Positions 39,172-49,711 of a DNA stretch of 64,000 bases are shown here, piece after piece. The notes below the pieces were generated by a model. It did no database searches and had not been told where the DNA came from. It saw nothing but the letters and a program-made list of their open reading frames with translations. This stretch comes from Thermoprotei archaeon (GTDB taxonomy: Archaea > Thermoproteota > Thermoprotei > Gearchaeales > WAQG01). Within the stretch, counting starts at the first letter, position 1. The number at the start of each line of letters is the position of its first letter. The translations under genes and the position numbers were made by a program. The stretch covers positions 3,629 through 67,628 of the forward strand of contig JBMFIF010000003.1 of the NCBI GenBank assembly GCA_049976445.1, in the 5' to 3' direction.

Positions 39172-40134
39172 ATGCATACTAGAAAATTGCAACAAATTGG
39201 TGGCGGCACATTATACTTGTCACTTCCAAAGGATTTAGTTAGACGTTGGAATTTAAAAAAGGGAGATGTAATAAAAATAGAAGAGACTGCGGATGGAAAT
39301 ATTATTCTTTATGTTAAAGAAGAAGGTATGGAGACTGAGGAATCTTACGGCATAATTAATTTAACTTCGTTAGACATAAAATCATTGCAACGTAAGATTT
39401 TAGGAATGTATCTTCTTGGGTATAGTACGATTATTATAAAATCATTTAATGAAATCAACTCTGATATTAGGGATTTTATTAGAAAGACGTGTAGAGATTT
39501 TATTGGGCTTGAAATTATGGAAGAAACCATGAATAGTATCGTATTACAAAGTGTCATTAATATTAGTAATTTGCATCCTTACAAGCTTCTTCAGCGAGCT
39601 AGTTTAATCGCGAATAGTATATATAAGGATGCGCTAAGTAGTATAGTTTCTGGAAATGTTGCTATCGAGCGTTCTATAGCAAGACGTGACGAAGACGTTA
39701 ATAGGTTATATTTTCTAATAGTTAGAGTTCTTAGAACTGCAGCAAGAAATCATAAGATTTTAAGAAAATTTGAAATATCAGACATTGATTTAATGGATCT
39801 TAGATTAGCGTCAAGTTTTATTGAAAATATAGGTGATATAGGTGTAGAAATTGCTTTATTATTGTCAAATGCAAAAGTCTTAAACTATAAAAATGATATA
39901 TTGAAGCTCATTAAATTTTCTGAAATTCTTTCTAAAAAGCAAGATGAAGCTGTTTCTGCATTAATTAATAAAAAAAGCGAATTAGCTGAAAATGTTGTTA
40001 ATGAATTAAAGCTTGTTATTAAAGATCTGGAATATACTATCAAATCTATAAAGAATCAAACAATCGTGCGCATTGCACTTAATTTACGCAGGATTGGGCT
40101 TTCGATAATAGATATTGCTGATTTGGTACTTTAA
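39172..40134 (+). CDS. PhoU-family phosphate uptake regulator with N-terminal AbrB/SpoVT-like domain
   Basis: N-terminal swapped-hairpin-like KLQQIGGGTLYLSLPKDLVRRWNLKKGDVIKIE plus two helical PhoU-like repeats. Confidence 0.55.
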   Translation: MHTRKLQQIGGGTLYLSLPKDLVRRWNLKKGDVIKIEETADGNIILYVKEEGMETEESYGIINLTSLDIKSLQRKILGMYLLGYSTIIIKSFNEINSDIRDFIRKTCRDFIGLEIMEETMNSIVLQSVINISNLHPYKLLQRASLIANSIYKDALSSIVSGNVAIERSIARRDEDVNRLYFLIVRVLRTAARNHKILRKFEISDIDLMDLRLASSFIENIGDIGVEIALLLSNAKVLNYKNDILKLIKFSEILSKKQDEAVSALINKKSELAENVVNELKLVIKDLEYTIKSIKNQTIVRIALNLRRIGLSIIDIADLVL

Positions 40135-40193
40135 GATTATTAGGAAATTTTTCGATAACATTATAAATATTTTTGAAGTAAACAATATAGGCT

Positions 40194-41276
40194 ATGACAT
40201 GTAAAACAGCGTTTGTTTATCATGAAATGTATCTAAAGTATGATTTTGGTGAGTGGCATCCGTATAAGCCATATCTTTGGAAACTTACGCTTGAAAAATT
40301 AAAAAACATAGATGTGTTTAACGATCCTAATATTTCTTTAATTGAGGCTTTTATGGCTGACGAAGATTTAATATCACTTGTTCATACTAATGATTATATA
40401 AACTTTGTAAAGCATATGAGCAATCTTGGCTACGGTTATCTTGATTATGGAGATACACCAGCCACTAAAGGAATCTATGAAGGAGCTGCATATCGTGTTG
40501 GAGGATCTGTTATGGCTGCAAAACTCATTGCTAATGGATCATACTTACATGCATTCAATTTTGGTGGTGGACTACATCATGCTAAACCTTCTAACGCAGC
40601 AGGTTTCTGTGTGTTTAACGATATAGCAGTAGCCGTACGTTATCTTCAGAAATTATATAATTACAAGAGAATCGCTATAGTTGATATTGATGGACATCAT
40701 GGTGATGGTACCCAGGAAATATTTTATAATGAAGCAACAACTTTAAAGATCTCTCTTCATAAATATGGTTATGGATTTTATCCAGGAACTGGTTGGTATA
40801 ACGAATTAGGAGCGGGCGAAGGATACGGATATACAGTAAACATACCACTAATAGGATATACAAATGATAATACATACCTTTATGCAATAAATGAAGTAGT
40901 TGTTCCATTGCTAATTTACTACAAGCCAGAAATTATAGTTATGCAGTTTGGTGCTGATGCCCATATAAATGATCCTTTAGTTGGTCTATCATTAACTACA
41001 CGAACATATAGCGAAGTAGCAAAAATAATTCATAAATTAAGTCATGAAATCAGTAACGGTAAGCTCTTAATCCTCGGTGGTGGTGGATATAATCCTGATG
41101 ATACTGCCAGATGTTGGGCACTTGGATTTATAGAGATATCTGGTATAAAAATAGACGAAAAAATAAAAGAAACACTTTATGATAAGATAGATGTTGAAAG
41201 CAATATTTCAAAATTTATCTATGAAATAGTTAGCGAACTGAAAAAGAAACTTCGAGAAATTCATGGAAGTTTTTAA
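40194..41276 (+). CDS. histone deacetylase / acetoin utilisation AcuC-family amidohydrolase
   Basis: DIDGHHGDGTQ and GGGGY motifs of the arginase/deacetylase fold. Confidence 0.8.
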   Translation: MTCKTAFVYHEMYLKYDFGEWHPYKPYLWKLTLEKLKNIDVFNDPNISLIEAFMADEDLISLVHTNDYINFVKHMSNLGYGYLDYGDTPATKGIYEGAAYRVGGSVMAAKLIANGSYLHAFNFGGGLHHAKPSNAAGFCVFNDIAVAVRYLQKLYNYKRIAIVDIDGHHGDGTQEIFYNEATTLKISLHKYGYGFYPGTGWYNELGAGEGYGYTVNIPLIGYTNDNTYLYAINEVVVPLLIYYKPEIIVMQFGADAHINDPLVGLSLTTRTYSEVAKIIHKLSHEISNGKLLILGGGGYNPDDTARCWALGFIEISGIKIDEKIKETLYDKIDVESNISKFIYEIVSELKKKLREIHGSF

Positions 41277-41448
41277 ATTAAAAAGTTTCTACAGAACAAA
41301 TTGTTACTTTCTTTTAAATTTTTAACTTATATCATTTTATGTTTACATTAAAATTATATCTGAAACACTATTTCCCATGTGAACTGTCATTTATTTTTGT
41401 AACGTTAAGTTTAATTATTATTACAAAGATAAGAATTATGGTGATTTT

Positions 41449-42546
41449 ATGCAAGTTACAGTTTCTGTGATAAAAGCTGATGTTGGAAGCCTTGCTGGTC
41501 ACCATAAAGTTACCGAGGAACAGATAGAGGTAGCTAGGTCAATTTTATCAAAGGGTGTGGAACAAAACATAATATTAGATTACTATGTATTTAATGCAGG
41601 AGATGATCTTGAATTAGTAATGTTACATAGAAAAGGTGAGAACAATTCAGATGTTCATCAACTTGCATGGACAGCTTTTAAAGAAGTTACTGAAAGAGTT
41701 TCTAAAAAGAGAAGGCTTTATGCTGCGGGACAAGATCTTTTGTCTGATTCATTCTCAGGTAATGTCAGAGGATTAGGACCAGGTGTTGCTGAATTAGATT
41801 TTGAACTAAGACCTAGTGAACCGATAATTATTTTTGCAGCTGATAAAACTGAACCTGGAGCATGGAATTATCCTCTCTATAAAGCATTTGCTGATCCATT
41901 CAATACTGCAGGTTTAGTTATTGATCAAGCGATGCATGATGGGTTCGTTTTTCAGGTAATGGATCTTATTGAAGGTAAAGTTGTAGATTTATCTACACCA
42001 GAAGAAAGTTATTCATTATTAGGTTTAATAGGAACCACTGGTAGATATGTTATTTCTAAAGTTTGGAGAAAAGATGGTTTAGTTGCTGCGGCAGCTAGCA
42101 CAACACGTTTATCTCTTATAGCAGGTAGATATGTGGGCAAGGATGATCCAGTATTAATAGTAAGGGCTCAACATGGTTTGCCTGCTGTAGGGGAGTATCT
42201 AGAGGCATTTTCATTTCCACATTTAGTAGCTGGATGGATGCGAGGTAGTCACACAGGGCCACTAATGCCAGTAGGATTAAAAGATTCACGTTGTACAAGA
42301 TTTGATGGGCCGCCTAGAGTTGTGGCTTTAGGCTTTCAAGTAACAGAAGACAAATTGATCGGGCCTGCTGATTTATTTGAAGACGTGGCATTTGATTATA
42401 GTAGAAGACTAGCTATGGAGATTGCAGACTACATGCGACGTAATGGACCGTTTATGCCGCACAGACTTGGGCCTGAAGAAATGGAATACACCACGCTTCC
42501 AAAGATTCTAAAGAAGCTAGAATCACGATTTAGGCCAATCGAGTAA
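41449..42546 (+). CDS. fbp: fructose-1,6-bisphosphate aldolase/phosphatase (bifunctional, class V FBPase)
   Basis: MQVTVSVIKADVGSLAGHH N-terminus is diagnostic. 365 aa. Confidence 0.9.
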   Translation: MQVTVSVIKADVGSLAGHHKVTEEQIEVARSILSKGVEQNIILDYYVFNAGDDLELVMLHRKGENNSDVHQLAWTAFKEVTERVSKKRRLYAAGQDLLSDSFSGNVRGLGPGVAELDFELRPSEPIIIFAADKTEPGAWNYPLYKAFADPFNTAGLVIDQAMHDGFVFQVMDLIEGKVVDLSTPEESYSLLGLIGTTGRYVISKVWRKDGLVAAAASTTRLSLIAGRYVGKDDPVLIVRAQHGLPAVGEYLEAFSFPHLVAGWMRGSHTGPLMPVGLKDSRCTRFDGPPRVVALGFQVTEDKLIGPADLFEDVAFDYSRRLAMEIADYMRRNGPFMPHRLGPEEMEYTTLPKILKKLESRFRPIE

Positions 42547-42558
42547 GAGGAGCACATT

Positions 42559-43251
42559 ATGCTTTCATATCCATTAATACTAGTTAATTTTAAGAGCTAT
42601 AAAGAGGCATTAGGAAATAAAGCTATTGAATTAGCTAATTATGCTCGTAAAGTTCAAGAGGAGACCGGAATTACTGTTGGAGTTGCGCCTCAGTATATTG
42701 ATTTAAGGGATATATCTAAACTTGGAGTTTTTACGTTTGCACAACATGTTGATCCAATAGAACCTGGTAGTTATACTGGTCATGTAACTTTAGAATCATT
42801 GCATGATGCAGGTGTAACAGGAGTTATAATTAATCATTCAGAGCATAAAATGCTACTATCTGACATAAATTTTATTATAAAAAAAGCTAGACAATTAAAG
42901 TTAATGACAATCGTTTGTGCAGATACTATCGAGACTAGCGTAGCCGTATCTGCGTTAAAGCCTGATATTGTCGCAATAGAACCGCCAGAGCTCATAGGGA
43001 CTGGCCGTGCTGTCTCAAAAGTTAGTCCCGACATTGTAAGAAATGCTGTCGCAGGAATAAGAAGTATAACTAAGGATGTTCATATTTTATGTGGTGCTGG
43101 TATAACTAACGGAGATGATGTGTATGCAGCTATAAAACTTGGGACGGAAGGTGTACTATTAGCTTCAGGTGTTGTAAAAGCTGAAGATCCTTATAAAACA
43201 TTAATGGAGATGGCCATTGCTGCTAAAAAAGCTTATGACGAAAAGCATTAA
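42559..43251 (+). CDS. tpiA: triosephosphate isomerase (short archaeal type)
   Basis: LILVNFKSY N-terminus, catalytic E/H loop, 230 aa. Confidence 0.85.
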   Translation: MLSYPLILVNFKSYKEALGNKAIELANYARKVQEETGITVGVAPQYIDLRDISKLGVFTFAQHVDPIEPGSYTGHVTLESLHDAGVTGVIINHSEHKMLLSDINFIIKKARQLKLMTIVCADTIETSVAVSALKPDIVAIEPPELIGTGRAVSKVSPDIVRNAVAGIRSITKDVHILCGAGITNGDDVYAAIKLGTEGVLLASGVVKAEDPYKTLMEMAIAAKKAYDEKH

Positions 43252-43275
43252 TGATAGTTGAGACTTAATTAATTA

Positions 43276-43352
43276 GGGCCCGTAGCCGAGCATGGATTAA
43301 AGGCGTAGGCCTCCGGAGCCTATTTTCGCGGGTTCAAGTCCCGCCGGGCCCG
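43276..43352 (+). tRNA. tRNA-Arg (anticodon CCG)
   Basis: Manual fold. Acceptor GGGCCCG/CGGGCCC. Anticodon stem TAGGC/GCCTA with loop CTCCGGA. T-arm GCGGG-TTCAAGT-CCCGC. Long D-loop. Confidence 0.8.
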
Positions 43353-43437
43353 TTACAATTAAAATCCTTATTCTTGGGATAAGAGACACTAATAGAGCGA
43401 GATTAAAAAAGCTTATTTATTTGTAAAGATTGAGTGT

Positions 43438-43845
43438 ATGGGGAATATAATGCAAAGAATTAAAAGGCTTAATAAGTGGTTGTCAAGGTTCGAGCGATGG
43501 ATTAGTGAGAATCTTCTTTTGGCTATAGCGTATATTGCTGTTATATTAGCTCTTTTTTATGAAAGTGGATTTATACAAATTATTTCTGTTCCTACACCGT
43601 CTTTTGCTTCAGGAGGTGGCGCATTTTCGTATAATATCAACAGACAAACACAGGCTGAAGCTATAATTGTATTTATATTTCTGCTTATAGGTTTTGCTAG
43701 TACATGGACTCTTTATACATACGCATCAAGTAAAGTTCCGAGAGCATCATCAACAAGTGCTATAGTATCACTTATAATTCTGATAATACTGTTTCTAATA
43801 TTATTTCAAATAGCTTATGTAGCAGTCACATCACCAGGCGGATAA
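43438..43845 (+). CDS. hypothetical membrane protein
   Basis: 135-aa ORF with 3-4 hydrophobic helices. Confidence 0.35.
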   Translation: MGNIMQRIKRLNKWLSRFERWISENLLLAIAYIAVILALFYESGFIQIISVPTPSFASGGGAFSYNINRQTQAEAIIVFIFLLIGFASTWTLYTYASSKVPRASSTSAIVSLIILIILFLILFQIAYVAVTSPGG

Positions 43846-43858
43846 TTTTTTAAGATTT

Positions 43859-44494
43859 TTAATCTTCATAAATAATTTCATAGTTTATTTGCTGTCCTTG
43901 ATATCGTTCTATTGTTATCTGAGTTTTCTCTCCAATTCTCCTTAAATGTATCACGTTCTCAGACCAGAAAAGCGCAGCATTACCCATTACAGGTTCTTCA
44001 TTACCTGTTTTTGGATTACGCCGTATTTGGGTTAATAATATTATAGGTACAGAATACTTTTTTGAAGCATACCCTAAAAGCATCATAACCTTTACTGCCA
44101 GCTTCCAGATTATTAAAGGTGCATATAGATCTGAACTTATCCTATAATATTCTCCTATGTTATCGATGATTATAAGGTCATACTTTAAATAACCATTAAA
44201 AATCATTAAACTTACACGTATTTGATCCTCTATACTTTTCATTTGTATGAAATGTACTTTTGATTTATCTATCAACATATTCATCTGATTTATTTTATAA
44301 AGAATTAGGTGCGGATGTGATGTTACTATGAGTGTAGAGTAACCACTATTCGCATTATTAATACAGAGTTTTAATGCTAAATTTAGTTTATTAGTGTTTG
44401 CTTTACCATAAATTATAGTTAAACCTATTGGTAAACCTCCATTAAGTTTTTCATCAAGCTCTTTTATACCTGTTGGTATTATTTTTTCACCCAC
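43859..44494 (-). CDS. RecA-superfamily (KaiC/RadB-like) protein with a degenerate Walker A motif
   Basis: N-terminal GIKELDEKLNGGLPIG is typical of RadA/RadB/KaiC. The P-loop position reads IYGKANTNKL instead of GxxGxGKT/S. A Walker-B-like DLIIIDN is retained. Confidence 0.55.
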   Translation of the reverse strand: MGEKIIPTGIKELDEKLNGGLPIGLTIIYGKANTNKLNLALKLCINNANSGYSTLIVTSHPHLILYKINQMNMLIDKSKVHFIQMKSIEDQIRVSLMIFNGYLKYDLIIIDNIGEYYRISSDLYAPLIIWKLAVKVMMLLGYASKKYSVPIILLTQIRRNPKTGNEEPVMGNAALFWSENVIHLRRIGEKTQITIERYQGQQINYEIIYED

Positions 44495-44806
44495 AATTAG
44501 GTATTTTATGTTTAATTAATTAAAGTTATTTTTATTTTTTAGTATCCGTTGCATGATCTTTAGAGTTTTTCATTTCTTATAAGCAAAAGCTCCTTAACCT
44601 TAACTCTTGATCTATCATGAGAGCTTCAGGACTACAGTAACTATACCTATAGTTTGCCTTGTAATATTTATGGTCAGCAGAATTATTTTGAACACAAATG
44701 TTTTCTTAACATGACTAGTTAACAGTAATTTATCTTTTTATAGAACTAATGTTATAAAATTCTATCGTAATTTTAAGTTGGAATGATTGAAGTTCTAAAT
44801 CTGAAT

Positions 44807-45049
44807 TTAATAATATTCTTCAACTATTCTGATTATTTTATTTGTTATCATATCTGATCGTGAAAGGGTTAATTGTGCTAATGCTTTGTCAACTGATTTA
44901 CTTTGACTGATGCTGAAAACTGCATGGCATCTAGGACAGTAATATGAATCGTTATGTTTGAATTTAGGTATTATGTTTTTTACTGGTACACAGCTGCTAA
45001 ATCCACATATTGGGCAACTTACTGCTTCTACAGATGTTTTTATAGACAT
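44807..45049 (-). CDS. small zinc-ribbon protein
   Basis: 80 aa with CPICG...CVPV...CPRCH Cys pairs. Confidence 0.4.
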   Translation of the reverse strand: MSIKTSVEAVSCPICGFSSCVPVKNIIPKFKHNDSYYCPRCHAVFSISQSKSVDKALAQLTLSRSDMITNKIIRIVEEYY

Positions 45050-45218
45050 TATTCTCTAAATGGTTTATTTCTAAATTAGGATTTAAATTGTACCGTTTTT
45101 TACAGTTTTGTATTACTTAGGTATTGCTTTAGTTATACCTAGGTTACATAGAATTATCGAATGTAATGATGTATAGAAATATTTATAATTATTTGTAAGA
45201 TAAAGAATATGATACTGC

Positions 45219-45725
45219 ATGTGGTTAAGCTTACTTTGGGCTCCGTGGAGATTTAAGTATATACTGCAGGTTAGTAAAAATAGTTCTGAATGTTTTCTTT
45301 GTGAAGCAATAAAAAATGGTGTGTCATCCCAAACATTAGTTGTTTATGAGAGTAAACATTCGTTCATAATACTTAATAGATATCCTTATAATTCTGGTCA
45401 TTTAATGGTTGCGCCTATCAGACATGTTTCTCAATTGGAAGAATTAAATCATGATGAATTGGTTGATCTTATTGAAACATCTATTATTGCTAAAAAAGCA
45501 CTTGATATTTCTTATAAACCTGATGGATTTAATATAGGGTTAAATATTGGTAAAGCTGGTGGTGCTGGATTAGAGACTCATATACACCTTCACATAGTAC
45601 CACGTTGGGTTGGTGATACAAATTTTATGACGACGGTATCAGAAACTAAAGTTTTACCGGAACTTTTAGAAGATTCGTATAAACGCATAAGTGATGCAAT
45701 AAAAATTTTAACAGCTTCACATTAA
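45219..45725 (+). CDS. HIT-family nucleotide hydrolase/transferase
   Basis: CFLCE near the N-terminus and the histidine triad HIHLHIVPRW. Confidence 0.7.
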   Translation: MWLSLLWAPWRFKYILQVSKNSSECFLCEAIKNGVSSQTLVVYESKHSFIILNRYPYNSGHLMVAPIRHVSQLEELNHDELVDLIETSIIAKKALDISYKPDGFNIGLNIGKAGGAGLETHIHLHIVPRWVGDTNFMTTVSETKVLPELLEDSYKRISDAIKILTASH

Positions 45726-45836
45726 TACATTCTTTAATCAAAGAGGAACTTGATAATAATCTTACATTATCGTAAAGTTTAGGATTATTTTAAAAAATAT
45801 TAAGAGCTAATTTTGATATTTTAAAGAGAGAAATTT

Positions 45837-47474
45837 TTACAATTGTATTTTGATGATAGGAATAATTAAGAGTGATAATAATGCTAATATAATTGTTACA
45901 ATAACTAAAAATGTGCTTTTTACTGTTAAGTCTTTAGCTTTAGATATTAATAGTGAGATCCCAAATGATACTTCAATAACAATAATCTTGATGTTGTCCA
46001 TCATAACATTTAAATCGTAATATTGCATAGATTGCATCAGACTAAGGGAACTATTCCACATCATTGCGTTTATATTTGAAAGAGTATATGTTAACGTGAT
46101 CATTATAGTGAGTATTATAGGTGTTAATAATGCTAAGATTTCATAGAGTTTAAGACTACTTTTTGCTTCAGCCTGACTCTCTTGAACATATATTATGTAT
46201 TCACGTATTCTTTCGATAATCATAGGTGTTCCCCCACCTCGTGCATTAAGTTCTCCGATCACATACAATACGTTTTTAAATAACCTGCTTTTGCATTTAG
46301 GAACGGTTTGATTCAGAGGTATGCCCATGTTCATTTGACTTGTTAAATCATCAAGAATATAATCAACTCTAGAACCAAATCCCCTAAGTTTAGCTATTGC
46401 TTGATCTAGTGAAATGCCAGCTTTTCTAGCATCTGTTAATGATAGTAAGAATGCCGGAAGCCAACGCTCTTCTTCATCGATTTCTTTTAATAATTTTCTT
46501 GTAGGAATATAAATTATTAATGAACTAACAAATATAGCGATACCTAACGATATCCATAGAGTAAAAAATTGAAAAATAATCATGAACGTTAAAATTCCTG
46601 CTAAAATTCCCCAAACAGGGTTTACATTTATAATATTTTTATCAGAGGGAGATGACATATCCATCAATAAAATAGACAGAATTGTGGATAATGGTATGAT
46701 TATAATACCTGTTATCATTATAAATAATACTGCATTACTAGGAAACATGATTGCAGTTATTAAATTTAGAGCACTAGTAAGCAGAAATACTGAAAGCAAC
46801 AATTCGCCCCAATCACTAGCATGTTTAGAATACGATATCCAGCGTTGTTTATATTTATTCAGAAATTCTTTCATTTTATCTTCTAAATATTTGCTTAACT
46901 CACCACCACTTTTTATTATGCTTGTTATTCCTAACATATAGCGTTCCCATTCTTTTGATGGATGATTCACACTGTTTGTGTCTATTGATTCAAAAATGTT
47001 ACCAAAAAATAGTATAGTATCTCTGATGATCTTTTTTGCTTCTTTACTAATGTATTGAAATTCATCACGTTCAGAAATTTCATAAAGAACATCAGCTAGT
47101 CTAACACCTAATTCACCTACTGTCGCCATAAACATTGAAAAAAGGGGGAGTTCATCACTAACACCCTTTTTCCTCATTATTATTTTACTGTATATACTAA
47201 CTTCATACAATGATAATAAAATAAACGGCAATAATAGAACAAAAAGAGCAATGAAAATATTATAGTAATAAAATAATATTGAAAAGCAACAAAATGATAT
47301 TATTGAAGCTAAAAATAAATTTCGCATAATGTTACGAACATAATTATTTAGATCAACATATAATAAAGCTTTGTCAATTGATCTTTTTATATGTAAATAA
47401 TATTGCGTGAAGAGTTTATTTTTCATAAATTTATTCAATAAATTATCAAATAATTTATCCACTATGTTCACCAT
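45837..47474 (-). CDS. type IV pilus/archaellum-family polytopic membrane platform protein (FlaJ/PilC/TadC-like)
   Basis: 545 aa with two repeats of a cytoplasmic helical domain followed by TM clusters. Directly downstream of the secretion ATPase, overlapping it by 20 nt. Confidence 0.7.
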   Translation of the reverse strand: MVNIVDKLFDNLLNKFMKNKLFTQYYLHIKRSIDKALLYVDLNNYVRNIMRNLFLASIISFCCFSILFYYYNIFIALFVLLLPFILLSLYEVSIYSKIIMRKKGVSDELPLFSMFMATVGELGVRLADVLYEISERDEFQYISKEAKKIIRDTILFFGNIFESIDTNSVNHPSKEWERYMLGITSIIKSGGELSKYLEDKMKEFLNKYKQRWISYSKHASDWGELLLSVFLLTSALNLITAIMFPSNAVLFIMITGIIIIPLSTILSILLMDMSSPSDKNIINVNPVWGILAGILTFMIIFQFFTLWISLGIAIFVSSLIIYIPTRKLLKEIDEEERWLPAFLLSLTDARKAGISLDQAIAKLRGFGSRVDYILDDLTSQMNMGIPLNQTVPKCKSRLFKNVLYVIGELNARGGGTPMIIERIREYIIYVQESQAEAKSSLKLYEILALLTPIILTIMITLTYTLSNINAMMWNSSLSLMQSMQYYDLNVMMDNIKIIVIEVSFGISLLISKAKDLTVKSTFLVIVTIILALLSLLIIPIIKIQL

Positions 47475-49050
47475 ATAATTTTATTGAGATCTCTTCTAGC
47501 ATTTCGTTTTTATTATTAAATGATTTTACTGATAGGTTTTGTAGTATGTTTTTTCTTCTTTCCAATTCAGAAACCATATACTCTTTGCTCCAACCCTTAA
47601 TATTGGCTATTCGTTTCATTACATTACTTATCTCAACTAGTTTTTCTGTTGTTAAATCGGTTCCATATTCGTATATTACTTTTGGTATAATATTTGTGCT
47701 TGATTCTTCATATAGTTCTTCTATGGAATAAAGTACTCTATAACCAGGATTAATCTCTCTCATGTTAATAAACGCTGAAATCAATAGTATAAAGCTTGGT
47801 TCAATATTAAGTGGAGGACTCTTTAGTCTAAGAATTGCGGACCTAGCACTATCTGCATGAAATGTTGTTAAACCACCATGTCCAGATGCTACTGCATGAA
47901 CTAATGCTTGGGCTTCACGACCTCTAACCTCTCCTACTATGAGCAAATCTGGTCTTCGTCTCCATGCAAATTTAGTGAGCTCAAACAAATCAATCTCACT
48001 TACTTCTTCACCGGGTAACGCCTTCCTTGAAACTAACCTATCCCATTGAGAATGTGGCGCAAGGATTTCCGGAGTATCTTCCACAGTTACTATTTTCCAA
48101 TCAAGTGGCACAAGTTCTAATAGTGCATTAAGCATAGTAGTTTTACCAGATGCTGTAGGCCCTAAAATAAAAATACATCCACGTGTTTCTAAAATTAACG
48201 ACAAATATGCAGTAGTAAGAGGAGTAATACTATTTTGTTTAATAAGATCAACAATCGATAATCTTTTAGATGGAAACTTTCTTATAGTAAAACTATGTCC
48301 CCATGGTGTCACTTCATTACTATACGTTACAGCAGCTCGGTGACCTTCTGGAAGTAGTACATCAGAAATTGGCATTGCAAATGATAAATATCCTTTACCA
48401 CGTTGAACTATTTTTTGCACTACTAAAAACGCTTCAGTCTCATCAAGTATTATGTTCGTGGGTATCCATTTCTTATAATTAGAGACTATTCTATGGACGA
48501 CATAGACTGGCTTATTAGGACCAATCATGGAAAGCTCCTCAACATATTCATCTCTTAAAAGAACATTTAACGGACCATATCCAAAAACATCTCTCTGAAC
48601 ATAATACATAAATGCAGGAAAGAACTCTAGACTTTTATCATTATCAATCTTTAAAGATTTAATAGCATTCCAAATAAGTTCTTCAACATATTTTTTAAGA
48701 TCATCATGCATATTCTTAATAAAAGGTTCTGGTTGTGCTGAGTAATATATATACTCAATAATTTTTACTATACTAGCCTTTGCTTCATCAGAAAGCTCTG
48801 GCTCTTTCACAGCATATAAATTAGGATAAACAATGACTGATGCGGAATCTATTTGATAATTGATGATAGGATCTTGAGATTCAAAAATCATTTCATCTTG
48901 CCCAAGAATCTTCACTGAACCCCATTTCCAAACACGTCTCATTACCTTGTTAATATTATCATCTTTATTCTCATTTTTACTAAATTTTTGTAAAAAAATT
49001 AATTTTATTTTCTTCATGAATACCAGCCTGAAATCATTGAGCCACAACAT
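47455..49050 (-). CDS. type II/IV secretion-system ATPase (FlaI/PilB/VirB11 family)
   Basis: Walker A ILGPTASGKTT, Asp box, Walker B LIVGEVRGREAQ and His box, in a ~530-aa protein. Confidence 0.8.
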   Translation of the reverse strand: MLWLNDFRLVFMKKIKLIFLQKFSKNENKDDNINKVMRRVWKWGSVKILGQDEMIFESQDPIINYQIDSASVIVYPNLYAVKEPELSDEAKASIVKIIEYIYYSAQPEPFIKNMHDDLKKYVEELIWNAIKSLKIDNDKSLEFFPAFMYYVQRDVFGYGPLNVLLRDEYVEELSMIGPNKPVYVVHRIVSNYKKWIPTNIILDETEAFLVVQKIVQRGKGYLSFAMPISDVLLPEGHRAAVTYSNEVTPWGHSFTIRKFPSKRLSIVDLIKQNSITPLTTAYLSLILETRGCIFILGPTASGKTTMLNALLELVPLDWKIVTVEDTPEILAPHSQWDRLVSRKALPGEEVSEIDLFELTKFAWRRRPDLLIVGEVRGREAQALVHAVASGHGGLTTFHADSARSAILRLKSPPLNIEPSFILLISAFINMREINPGYRVLYSIEELYEESSTNIIPKVIYEYGTDLTTEKLVEISNVMKRIANIKGWSKEYMVSELERRKNILQNLSVKSFNNKNEMLEEISIKLYGEHSG

Positions 49051-49483
49051 TTACTGATACTGTTGTATTTTGATTATTCACATGAGTGAATTGTAATACA
49101 ATCAAATATTTTTGACCAGAATAGAAAGTTCCAGAAACAATTTGCGATATACTTTTCTGTTCACCCGAAAGGATGGAAACGTTTTTTATTGTTGTTACAT
49201 TCACAGGAGTACTAGCTTGACTATAGATAGTAATTTTGGTAAGATTAGCATCGTATGTGCCTTGATTTTGGATTGTTAATTGTAGAAGTGCTGCTTTATT
49301 TCCTTGGAATGTTGTTAATGATGCATCGCTTATGAAGATTAGTGATTTGTTTGTTATATTAGATGCAGATGTGAATAGTGTTCTATAGACCATAAAGGAT
49401 CCTGCTATTGCTATTCCTATTAGTAATAGGGCTGCAATTATTGTATCGGCTCCTCCCCTTTTGTTTTTATATACTTTTCTCAT
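49034..49483 (-). CDS. archaeal type IV pilin-like protein (class III signal peptide)
   Basis: MRKVYKNKRG-GADTIIAALLLIGIAIAGSF has a charged leader, a Gly cleavage site and a hydrophobic helix, then a beta-rich S/T/N/Q-rich domain. Confidence 0.6.
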   Translation of the reverse strand: MRKVYKNKRGGADTIIAALLLIGIAIAGSFMVYRTLFTSASNITNKSLIFISDASLTTFQGNKAALLQLTIQNQGTYDANLTKITIYSQASTPVNVTTIKNVSILSGEQKSISQIVSGTFYSGQKYLIVLQFTHVNNQNTTVSVNVVAQ

Positions 49484-49568
49484 AGTTTCGTCATTAGTAT
49501 TTGTGTTGAATGTTTTAAAAGTATCACTTAGATAATAAATGTGTTTTTTATGATGGAGAGATGTTTAG

Positions 49569-49643
49569 CGGGCCCAGCGGGATTTGAACCCGCGACCGAC
49601 GGCTTAGGAGGCCGCCGCGCTATCCATGCTGCGCTATGGGCCC
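49569..49643 (-). tRNA. tRNA-Arg (anticodon CCT)
   Basis: Manual fold. Acceptor GGGCCCA/TGGGCCC. Anticodon loop CTCCTAA. T-arm GCGGG-TTCAAAT-CCCGC. Confidence 0.8.
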
Positions 49644-49711
49644 AGAAATTTAATGTATAAAGTAGTATATAGGTTTTTATTTTTTAGAAAAATAGTGTAC
49701 TATGATTAACC

